From the NCBI RefSeq assembly GCF_009914755.1, contig NC_060946.1: 64,000 nucleotides of DNA, one strand, 5' to 3'. The notes below the pieces were generated by a model, which had not been told where the DNA came from, did not search any database, and saw nothing but the letters and a program-made list of their open reading frames with translations. A program made the position numbers and the translations under genes. Shown here in pieces: positions 43,401-54,188 of this stretch; position 1 is the stretch's first letter; every line of letters begins with the position of its first letter. The DNA comes from the human T2T-CHM13v2.0 reference genome, Homo sapiens.

Positions 43401-44350
43401 ACAAACACTCAGAACCCAGTAGCAGTGTTCTGGAATACTTTGTGAAGGACAAACACTCAGAACTCAAAAGCAGTGTTCTGGTATCGCTTTGAGGGACAAA
43501 CATTCAGACACTCGTAGCAGTGCTATGGGATTATATGTGAGGGACAAACATTCAGAACCCAGCAGCAGTGTTCTGGTATCCTTGGTGAGGAACAAACTTT
43601 CAGAACCTCCGAGCAGTATTCTGGAATCCCGGGTTTGGAACAAGCACTCAGAACCCAGCAGCAGTGTTCGGGAATTCTATGTGAGGAACAAACCGTCAGA
43701 ACCCAGCAGCAGTGTTCTGGAATCCTTTTTGAGGGACAAACTTTCAGACACTCAGAGCAGTGTTTTGGAATCCTATGTGAGGGACAAACACTCAGAGCCC
43801 TGCAGCAGGGTTCTGGAATCCTATGTGTGGGACAAGCATTCAGACCCTCATAGCGCTGTTCTGGAATGCTCTGTGAGGGACAAACATTCAGACCCTTGTA
43901 GCAGTGTTCTGGAATCCTGTGTGAGGTACAAACCCTCAGAACTCAGAAGCAGTGTTCTGCAATTCTATGTGAAGGACAAACCCTCAGAACCTTGCAGCAG
44001 TGTTCTGGAATCGTACGTGAGGTACTAACATTCAGAACCCAGCAGCAGTGTTCTGGAATGCTATGTGAGGGACAAACAAAACCCAGCAGCAGTGTTCTGG
44101 TATTCTATATAAGGGACAAACACTCAGAATCCAGTAGAAGTGTTCTGGTATCCTATATAAGGGACAAACACTCAGAATCCAGCAGAAGTGTTCTGGATTC
44201 CTATGTGAGGGAGAAACATTCAAAAATCAGCAGCAGTGTTCTGAAATCTTAAGTGAGGGACAAACATTCAGACCGTCGGAGCAGTGTTCTATAATCCTAT
44301 GTGAAGGACAAACATTCAGAACCCAGTAGCAGTGTTCTGGAAACCTATGT
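42686..44350 (+). repeat. Recent high-identity duplication of ~700 bp at ~961-bp (~20-monomer) offset
   Basis: GTTCGGGAATTCTATG..AAACCGTCAG has GAATTC at 42711 and 43672. The ORFs at 42672 and 43489 share ~120 nearly identical residues. CAAAAATCAGC and GTTCTATAATCC occur in both copies. Confidence 0.9.
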
Positions 44351-47300
44351 GAGGGGCCAACACTCAGAACCCAGCAGCAGTGTTCTGGAATGCTATGTGA
44401 GGGACAAGCATTCAGACCCTCATAGCAGTGTTCTGGAATCTTATGTGAGGGACAATCATTCAGACCGTCGTGGCACTGTTCTGGAATCCTATGTCATGGA
44501 AAAACACTCAGAACCCTGCAGCAGTGTTCTGAAATACGATGTGGTGGACAAACAAAGAACACAGCAGCAGTGTTCGGGAATCCTTTGTGAGGGAAAAACA
44601 TTCAGAACCTCGTAGCAGTGTTCTGTAATCCTATGTGAGGAACAAACCCTCAGAACCCAGCAGCAGTGTTCTCGAATCCAATTGGTGGGACAAACACTCA
44701 GAACCCAACAGGATTGATCTGTAATTCTTTGTGAGGGACAAACATTCAGACACTCGTAGCAGTGTTCTGGAATCCTATGTTAGGGACAATCACTCAGAAA
44801 CCTGCAGCAATGTTCTGCAATCCTATGGGAGGGACAAACACTCAGAACCCAGCCACTGTGTACTGGAATTCTAACAGAGGGAAAAACATTCAGACCCTCC
44901 TAAAGTGTTCTGTAATCCAATGTGAGGAACAAACCCTGAGAACCCAGCAGCAGTGTTCTCAAATCCAATTTGTGGGACAAACACTCAGGACCCATCAGGA
45001 GTGGTCTGGAATTCTTTGTGAAGGACAAAGATTCAGACCCTCTTAGCAGTGTTCTTGAATCCTATGTTAGGGAGAATCACTCAGAACCCTGCATCAGTGT
45101 TCTGGAATCCTATGGGATTGACAAACCCTCAGAACCCAGCAGCAATGTTCTGGAATCCTATGGGAGGGACAAACACTCAGAAACCGGCAGCAGTGTTCTG
45201 GAATCCTTTGTGAGGGACAAATATTCAGACCCTCGTAGCAATGTTATGGAATCCCATGTGCTATATAAACCTTCAGACCCCCGTAGCAGTGTTCTCGAAT
45301 GCTATGTGAGGGACAAATAATCAGAACCCAGCAGCCATGTTCTGTAATACTATGTGAGGGACAAACACTGAGAACCCTGCAGCAGTGTTTGTGAGGGACT
45401 TACATTCAGGCCTTCTTATCAGTGTTATGGAATCCTATGTGAGGGACCAACCCTCAGAACCCAGCAGCAGTGTGCTGGTTTCCTTCCTGAGGCACAAACA
45501 TTCAGAGCCTCGTAACAGTGTTCTCGAATCCTATATGAGGGACAAACACCCCGAACCCAGCAGCAGTGTTTTGGAATCCTTTGTGAGAGAAAAACATTCA
45601 GACCCTCAAAGCAGTGTTCTGGAATCCTATGTGACAGAGAAACACCCAAAACCCAGCAGCTGTGTTCTGGTATCCTACATGAGGGGCAAGCATTCAGACC
45701 ATCATAGCAGTGTTCTGGAATCATATGTGAGAGACAAACATTCAGACCCTCATAGCTGTGTTCTGCAATCCTGTGAGAGGGAAAAACATTCAGAACCCAG
45801 CAGCAGTGTTCTGGAATCCTATGTGAAGGACAAACACTCAGAACCCAGCAACAGTATTCTGGAATCCCACGTGAGGGACTAGCATTCAGACCATCGTAGC
45901 AATGTTCTGGAATGCTATGTTACGGAGAATCCTTAAGACCGTCGTACCAGTGTTCTGGAATCCTATGAGAGGGACAAACAATCAGAACCCAGTAGCAGTA
46001 TTCTGGAATCCTTTGTGAGGGACAAACACCAGGAACCCAGCAGCAGTGTTCTGGAATCCTATGTGTGGGACAAACTCTCAGATCCCAGCAGCAGTGTTCC
46101 GGATTGCTATGTAAGGGACAAACACTGAGAACACGGCAGCAGTGTTCTGGAATCCTTTGTGAGGGACAAAGATTCAGACCCTCGTAGCAGTGTTCTGGAT
46201 AAGATGTGAGGCTCAATCAGAACCCAGCAGAATTGTCCTAGAATCCTATGTGAGTAACAGAGACTCAGAACCCAGCAGCAGTGTTCTGGAATCCTTTGTG
46301 AGGGACAAACATTCAGAACCTTGGAGAAGTTTTCTGGAATACTATGTGAGGGTAAAACACCAAGAACCCAGGAGCAGTTTCTTGAAAACGTTGTGAGGGA
46401 AAAGCTTTCAGACATTTGTACCAGTGTTCTGGAATCCGATGTGAGGGACAAATATTCAGAACCTCGTAGCAGTGTTCTGTAATCCTAAGTGAGGGACAAT
46501 TACTCAGAACCCAGCAGCAGTGTTCTGGAATCCTTTGTGAGGGACATAGATTCAGACCCTCTTAGCAGTATTCTCTAATCCTATGTGAGTGACAAACATT
46601 CAGACACTCGTAGCAGTGTTCTGGAAACCTATGTGTAGGACAAACACTCAGAACCCAGCAGCAGTGTTCTGGAATCCTATTTGATTGGCAAAGACACAGA
46701 ACCCATCAGCAGTGTTCTGGAAAACCAGCAGCAGAGTTCTGGAATCCTATGTGAGGGAGAAATCCTCAGAACCCACCAGTGTGTTTTGAAATCCATTGTG
46801 AAGGACACACATTCATACCCTCCTAGAAGTGTTCTGGAATCCTATGTGAGTGACAAACTTTGAGACCCTCGTAGAAGTATTCAGGAATCATATGTGAGTG
46901 GCAAACACTAAGAACCGAGCAGAAGTGTTCTGGAATCATATTTGATTGACAAACACACAGAACCCCGCAGCAGTGTTCTGGAATCCTTTGTGAAGGAAAA
47001 ACCTTCAGAAACTTGTAGCAGTGTTCTGGAATCCTATGTGAGGGAGAAACACTGAGAACCCAACAGCAGTGTTCTGGAATCCTATGAGAGGGTCAAACAC
47101 TCAGAACCCAGCAGCAGTGTTCTGGTATCCTATGTTATGGACAAACACTCAGAACCCAGCAGCAGTGTTCTGGATTCCTTTTTGAGGGAAAATCATTCAG
47201 ACCCTCGTAGCCATGTTCTGTAATCCTATGTGAGGGACAAAGTCTCAGAACCCAGCAACGATATTACAGAATCCTTTGTGAGGGACTATATTCAGACCCA

Positions 47301-49788
47301 GGTAGCAGTGTTCTGGAATTCAATATGAGAAACAAACACTCCGAACCCGGCAGCAGTGTTCTGGAATCTTTTGTGAGGGACAAATATTCAGGCCCTCATA
47401 GCAGTGTCCTTTAATCTTAAGTGAGGGGCAAGCACTCAGAACTCTGTTGCAGTGTTCTGGAGTCCTATGTGAGGGACAAGCATTCAGACACTTGTAACAG
47501 TGTTCCATAATCCTAAGTGTGGGACACACATTCACACCCTCGTAGCAGTGTCCTGAGTCCTATGTGAGAGACAAACACTGAGAACCCAGCAGCAGTGTTC
47601 TGGAATCCCTTGTGAGGGAGAAACATTCAGACCCCCGTAGCAGTGTTCTGGAATCCTATGTGAAGGACAAACACTCAGATCCCAGCAGCAGTGTTTGGGA
47701 ATCCTTTGTGAAGGTCAAACGTTCAGACCCTCTCAGGAGGGTTCTGGAATTCTATGTGAGGGACAAACACTCCGAAACCAGCAGCAGTGTTCTAGAGTGT
47801 TTCATGAGGGACAAACACTCAGGCCCTCAGAGAAATATTCTTTAAACCTAAGTGAGGGACAAACACTCAAAACCCTGTAACACTGTTCTGGAATCCTTTG
47901 TGTGGACAAACACACAGAACCCAGCAGCAGTGTTCTGGAGTCCTTTGTGAGGGAAAAACATTCAGACCCTCCGAGCGGTGTTGTGGATTCCTATGCTTGG
48001 ACCAAACACTCAGAACATGGCAGCAGTGCTCTATAATCCTTTGTGAAGGACAAACATTCAGACCCTTCAAGCAGTGTTCTGGAATCCTATGTGAGTGACA
48101 AACCCTTAAAACCCAGCAGCAGTGTTCTAGAATATTATGTGAGGGACAAACCCTCAGAACTTGGCAACAGTATTCTGGAATCCTATGTGAGGGTAAAACA
48201 CTCAGAACCCAACTGCAAGGTTCTTGAATCCTATGTGAGGGATAAACACTCAGAACCCAGCAGCATTGTTCTGTAATCTTTTCTGTGGGACAAACTTTCG
48301 TACAGTTGTAGCAGTGTTCTGGAGTCCAATCTGAGGACAAATACTCAGAAAACAGCAGCAGTGTTCTGGAATCCTTTGTGAGGGACAAACATTCAGACCC
48401 TCAGAGCAGTGTTGTGGAATCCTATGTGAGGGGCAAACACACAGAACGTGGAAGCAGTGTCCTGGTATTCTCTCTGTGGGACAAACACTCAGAACCTAGC
48501 CATGGTGTTCCGGAATTCTATATGAGGGACAAACCCTCAAAAACGAGAATCATTGTTGTGGAATCCTTTGTGTGGGACAAACATTCAGACACTCATAGCA
48601 GTGTTCTGGAATCCTAGGTGAGGGACAAGCACTCAGAATCCAGCAGCAGTGTTCTAGAATTCTACGTGAGGGACAAACCCACAGAACATATCAGCAGTAT
48701 TCAGGAATCCTATGTGAGAGGCAAACACTCAGAACCCCGCAGCACTCTTCTGGAATCCTTTGTGAGGGACAAACTTTCATACCCTCTTAACAGTGTACTG
48801 GAATCTTATGTGAGGACAAGCACTCAGAACACAGCAACAGTGTACTGGAATCCTATGTGGGGGACAAACAGTGAGCAACGAGTAGCAGTGTTCTGGAATT
48901 CTAAGGGAGGGACAAACCCTCAGAACCCAGTAGCAGTGCTGTGGAATCTTACGTGAGGAAAAAACACTCCAAATCCAGCAGCAGTGTTCCGGAATTCTAT
49001 GTACAGGACAGACACTCTGAAACCAGCAGCAGTGTTCTTTAATACTTTCCAAGTTACAAACATGCAGACCCTCGTTGCAGTGTACTGGAATCCTATGTGA
49101 GGGAAAAGCATTCAGACTCTCGTAGCAGTGTTCTGGAATCCTATGTGAGGGACAAACACTCAGAACCCAGAAGCAGTATTCTGGAATAATTTGGCAGGGA
49201 CAAACATTCAGACCCTCATAGCAGTGTTCTGGAATCCTATGTGAGAAACAAACGTTCAGACCCTTGTAGCAGTGTTCTCGAAACCGGTGTGTGTTTCAAA
49301 CCCTCAGAACCCAGCAGCAGTGTTCTGGAATCCTAAGTGAGGACAAACACTCAGAACCCAGCAGCATTCTTCTGGAATCCTATGTGAGGGATAAACACTC
49401 AGAACCCAGCAACAGTGTTCTAGAATCCTACGTGAGGGACAAACCCTCAGAACCCAACAGCAGTGTTCTGGAATCTTTTGTGAGGGACAAACATTCAGAC
49501 CATCGTATCAGTGGTCTGGAATCCTATTTGAGGGACAAACCCTAATAACCCAGACGCAATGTTGTGGAATTCTATGTGAGGGACAGAACATCAGAACCTA
49601 GCAGTAGTGTTTTGGAATCCTATGTAAGGGAGAAACACTCCGAACCCATCAGCAGTCTTCTGGAATCCTGTTTGTGGGACAAACATTCAGACCATCGTAG
49701 CACTGTTCTGGAAGTCTACGTGAGGGACAAACACTCAGAACACAGCAGCAGTGTTCTGGAATCCCATGTGAGGGACAAACACTCAGAA

Positions 49789-49977
49789 CCCAGCAGCAGC
49801 GTTATGGAATCCTTTGTGAAGGCAGACATTCAGACCATCATAGCAGTGGTCTGGAATCCTATGTGAGGGACAAACCCTCAGATCCCAGCAGCAGTGTTAT
49901 GGAATCCTTTGTGAAGGCAGACATTCAGACCATCATAGCAGTGGTCTGGAATCCTATGTGAGGGACAAACCCTCAGA
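49789..49977 (+). repeat. 95-bp tandem duplication immediately left of the inversion junction
   Basis: GTTATGGAATCCTTTGTGAAGGCAGACATTCAGACCATCATAGCAGTGGTCTGG...AAACCCTCAGA is identical at 49801 and 49896. Confidence 0.92.
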
Positions 49978-50008
49978 AACCAGCAGCAGTGTTCTGGAAT
50001 TCTATGTG

Positions 50009-50017
50009 TCTCTAACA
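50009..50017. other. Head-to-head inversion breakpoint with 9-nt non-consensus linker (TCTCTAACA)
   Basis: ...GTTCTGGAATTCTATGTG | TCTCTAACA | TTCTGAGGGTTTGTCCCTCACATAGGATTCC...; the forward monomer ends at 50008 and the reverse monomer starts at about 50018. The linker edge is uncertain by a few nt. Confidence 0.9.
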
Positions 50018-50283
50018 TTCTGAGGGTTTGTCCCTCACATAGGATTCCTTAACACTGCTGCTGGGTTCTGAGTGTTTGTCCCTCACATAGGATTCCAGAA
50101 CTCTGCTGCTTAGTTCAGAGTGTTTGTCCATCACTTAGGATTCCAGAACAATTCTGCTGGGTTGTGAGTTTTTGTCCAACTCATAAGATTCCAGATCACT
50201 GTTGCTGGATTCTGAGTGTTTGGCCCTCACATGGGATTATAGAACACTGCTACCAGGGTCTGCATGTCTCACCCTCACAAAGT

Positions 50284-53163
50284 ATTCCACAACAGTGCTA
50301 TCAGGATCTGAATGCTTGTCCCCCACATAGGATTCCAGAACACTGCTGCAGTTTTCTGAGTGTTTGTCCCTAACATAGGATTCCAAAACACTATTCTGAG
50401 TGCCTGAACGTTTGTCCCTCACATGGGATTCCAGAACTCTGCTGCTGGGTTCTGAGTGTTTGTCCCACACAAAGGATTGCAGAACAATGTTGCTGGGTTC
50501 TTAGTGTTTGACCCTCACATAGGATTCCAGAACATAGCTGCTGGTTCAAAGTGTTTGACCCTCACATACGATTCCAGAACACGGCTACAAGGTTCTAAAT
50601 GTTTGTCCCTCACGAAGGATTCCAGGACACTGCTGTTGGTTTCTAAGTGTTTTTCCGTCAAACAGTATTCCAGAACACTGCTGCTGGGTTCTGAGTGTGT
50701 GTCCCTCTCACTGAGTTCCAGAACTATGCTGCTAGGTTCTGAGGGTTTGCCCTTCACATTGAATTCCAAAACACTCCTGCTGGGTTCTGATTGTTTGTCC
50801 CTCTCATAGAATTCCAGAACACTGCTAGGAGTGTCTGTATTTTTCTCCAACGCATAGGATTTCAGAACATTGCTATGAGGGTCTGAATGCTAGTCCCTCA
50901 CATGGGATTCCAGAACACTGCGGCTGGGTTCTGAGTATTTGTTCCTCACAAAGGATTCCAGAACACTGCTGGTAGGTTCTGAGTGTTTGTCCCTCACATA
51001 GGATTCCAGAACTCTGCTGTGAGGGTCGGAATGTTTCACTCTCAGATAGGAATCCAGAAGACTGCTGCTGGGTTCTGACCGGTCGTCCCTCACATAGGAT
51101 CCCAGAACACTGCTTCGAGTGTCTGAGAGTTTGTACCTCACATAGGATTCCAGAACAGGGCTGCTAGGATCTCAGTGTTTGTCTCTCACATGGGATTCCA
51201 GAACACTGCTGCTGGGTTCTGAGTGTTTCTCCCTCACATAGGATTGCAGAAAACTGAGACGAGGGTCTCAATTATTTTCCTTCACAAAGGATTCCAGGAC
51301 ACTGCTGCTGGGCTCTGTTTGTCCCTCAAAAAGGATTCCAGAGCACCGCTGCTTGTTTCTGAGTGTTTGTCTCTCACATAGGATTCTAGAACACTTCTAC
51401 AAGTGTCTGAATGTTTGTCCCTCAGATAGGATTCCAGAACACAGTGGCTGGGTTCTGAGTGTTTGTCCCTCACACAGGATTGCAGAACACTGCTACGAGT
51501 TTCTGAATGTTTGTCCCTCACATAGGATTGTAGAACACTGCTGCTGGGTTCTGAGTGTTTGTTCCTCACATAGAATTCCAGCACACTGCTGCTGGATTCT
51601 CAGTGTTTGTCCCTCACATGGGATTCCAGAACATTGCAACGAAGTTCTGTATCTTTGTCGCTCAAACAGGATTCCAAAACATTGCTGCTGGGTTCTGTGT
51701 GTTTCTCCCTCACTTGCGATTCCAGAGCACTTCTACGAGATTCTGAATGTTTGTCCCTCACAAGGGATGCTAGAACATTGCTGCTGGTTTCTGAGTGTTT
51801 TTCCCTCACATAGGATTCTAGAAGGCTGTTGCTGGCTTCTGAGTGTTTGTCACTCACATAGAATGGCAGAACATTGCTACAAAATTCTGAATGTTTGTCA
51901 CTCACATAGGATTCTAGAACACTGCTGCTGGGTTCAGAGTGTTTGTCCCTCACATAGGATTGCAGAACACTGCTGCTGGTTTCTGAGTGTTTGTCCCTCA
52001 CATAGGATTCCAGAAAACTGCTGCTGGTTTCTGAATGTTTGTCCCTGACATAGGATTCCAGAACAATACTGCTGGGTTCTGAGTGTATGTCCCTCACAGA
52101 GGATTCCAGAACACTACTGCTGGATTCTGAGGGTTTGTCCCTCACAAAGGATTCCAAAACACTACTGCTGGGTTCTGAGTGTATGTCCCTCACAGAGGAT
52201 TCCAGTACACTATTGCTGGATTCTGAAGGTTTGTCCGTCACATAGGATTCCAGAACACTGCTACTAGGGTCTGAATGTTTTCCATCACAAAGGATTTCAG
52301 ACAACTGCTTCTGTGTTCTGAGGGTTTCTACAACAGATTGCATTCCAGAACACTGCTAGGAGGGTCTGAATGTTTGTCCCTCACATAGGATTCCAGAATA
52401 CTGCACCTGGATTCTGAGTTTTTGTCCTTCACATAATATTCCAGAACACTTCTGGGAGCTTCTGAATGTTTGTGCCTGACATAGGATTTCAGAACACTTC
52501 TGTTGGGTTCTGAGTGTTTTTACCTCATATAGGATACCAGAATACTACTGCTCTGTTTTGTGTGTTTGTCTCTTACATAGCATTCCAGAACACTGCTGCA
52601 GGGTTCTGAGTGTTATTACCTTACGTATGATTCCAGAACACTGCTGTTAGGTTCTGAGGGTTTGTCCCTCACATAGAATTCCAGAAAGCTGCTGCTGAGT
52701 TGTGAGGGTTTGTACCTCACACAGGATTTCAGAACACTGCTACGAGGGTCTGATTGTTTGTTCCTCACAGAGCATTCCACAACAGTGCTATCAGGATCTG
52801 AATGCTTGTCCCCCACGTAGGATTCCAGAACACTGCTGCAGTTTTCTGAGTGTTTGTCCCTAACATAGGATTCCAAAACACTATTCTGAGTGCCTGAACG
52901 TTTGTCCCTCACATGGGATTCCAGAACTCTGCTGCTGGGTTCTGAGTGTTTGTCCCACACAAAGGATTGCAGAACAATGTTGCTGGGTTCTTAGTGTTTG
53001 TCCCTCACAAAGGATTACAGAACACTGTTGCTGGGTTCTGAGTGTTTGTCCCTCACATAGGATTCCAGAACACAGCTGCTGGTTCAAAGTGTTTGACCCT
53101 CACATACGATTCCAGAACACGGCTACAAGGTTCTGAATGTTTGTCCCTCACGAAGGATTCCAG
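50284..53163 (-). repeat. Dispersed near-identical duplication: 50284-50625 vs 52774-53163 (2,490-bp offset; second copy has one extra monomer)
   Basis: ATTCCACAACAGTGCTATCAGGATCTG...CTATTCTGAGTGCCTGAACG...GGTTCAAAGTG...ACGGCTACAAGG is shared. The ORFs 50237-50470 and 52616-52960 begin with 62 identical residues. Confidence 0.92.
52066..52255 (-). repeat. 96-bp (dimer) tandem duplication
   Basis: TACTGCTGGGTTCTGAGTGTATGTCCCTCACAGAGGATTCCAG occurs twice, 96 nt apart. Confidence 0.8.
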
Positions 53164-54075
53164 AACACTGCTGCTGGGCTCTGTTTATTTATCCATCACA
53201 AAGGATTCCAGAGCACTGCTGATGGTTTCTGAGTATTTGTCACTCACATAGGATTCCAGAACACTTCTACGAGGCTCCGAATATTTTTCCCTCAGATAAC
53301 ATTCCAGAACACAGTGGCTGGGTTCTGAGTGTTTGTCCCTCAAACAGAATTCCAGAACACTGCTTCGAGGGTCTGAATGTTTGTATATCACAAAGCAATC
53401 TAAAACACTGCTGCAGGTTTCTGACTGTTTGTCACTCATTAAGGATTCGAAAATACTGCTGCTGGGTTCTTAGTGTTTGGCCCTCACGTAGGATTCCAGG
53501 ATACTGCTTTTGAGTTTTGAGTGTTTGTTCCTTACAAATGATTCCAGAACATTGCTACAGGTTTCTGACTGTTTGTCCTTCACATAGGATTCCAGAAAAC
53601 TTCTTCAAGTCTCCGAATGTTTGTCCTTCAGATAGGATTCCAGAACACAGGGGCTGGGTTCTGAGTGTTTGTCCCTCCCATAGGGTATCAGAACACTGCT
53701 GCTGGGTTCTGAGTTTTTGTCCATCACATAGGATTCCAGAACACTGCTGCTTTGTTCTGAGTGTTTGTCCCTCACCTAGGAATCCAGAACACTGCAGCTC
53801 GGTAATGAGGGTTTGTCCCTCACATAGAATTCTAGAACACTGCAGATATTTTCTGAGCGTTTCTCCCTCAGTTGGGATTCCAGAAAACTGATAAGATTTT
53901 CTGAATGTTTGTCCCTTACCAAGTATTCCAGAACACTGATGCTGGGTTCTGACTGTTTGGCCCTCACATTGGTTTCCAAAACACTGCTATGCCCAAAACA
54001 CTGCTATGTCTGAATGTCCCTCACATAGAATTCCAGAACCCTGCTAAGGGGGTCTGAATGTTTGTCACTCACAAA

Positions 54076-54188
54076 GGATTCCAGAACACTGCTGATGGTT
54101 TCTTAGTGTTTGTCATTCACATAGGATTCCAGAACACTGCTGATGGTTTCTTAGTGTTTGTCATTCACATAGGATTCCAGAACACTGC
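54076..54188 (-). repeat. Perfect single-monomer (48 bp) duplication
   Basis: GGATTCCAGAACACTGCTGATGGTTTCTTAGTGTTTGTCATTCACATA occurs twice in tandem. Confidence 0.9.

Larger units (their letters stand above)
1..50008 (+). repeat. 48-bp tandem satellite array (CER/D22Z3-like), forward domain, ~1,040 monomers
   Basis: Continuous diverged copies of GTGAGGGACAAACACTCAGAACCCAGCAGCAGTGTTCTGGAATCCTAT every ~48 nt from base 1 to ...GAATTCTATGTG at 50008. The ORF track repeats VRDKHSEPSSSVLESY with a 16-aa period. The satellite call is direct; the CER family name is from recall of the consensus. Confidence 0.95.

Noticed and set aside
49948-50048. Transposon terminal inverted repeats, terminator or pre-miRNA hairpin
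   Set aside because: The arms are ordinary satellite sequence brought together by the inversion. There is no TSD, transposase or independent evidence of an RNA.
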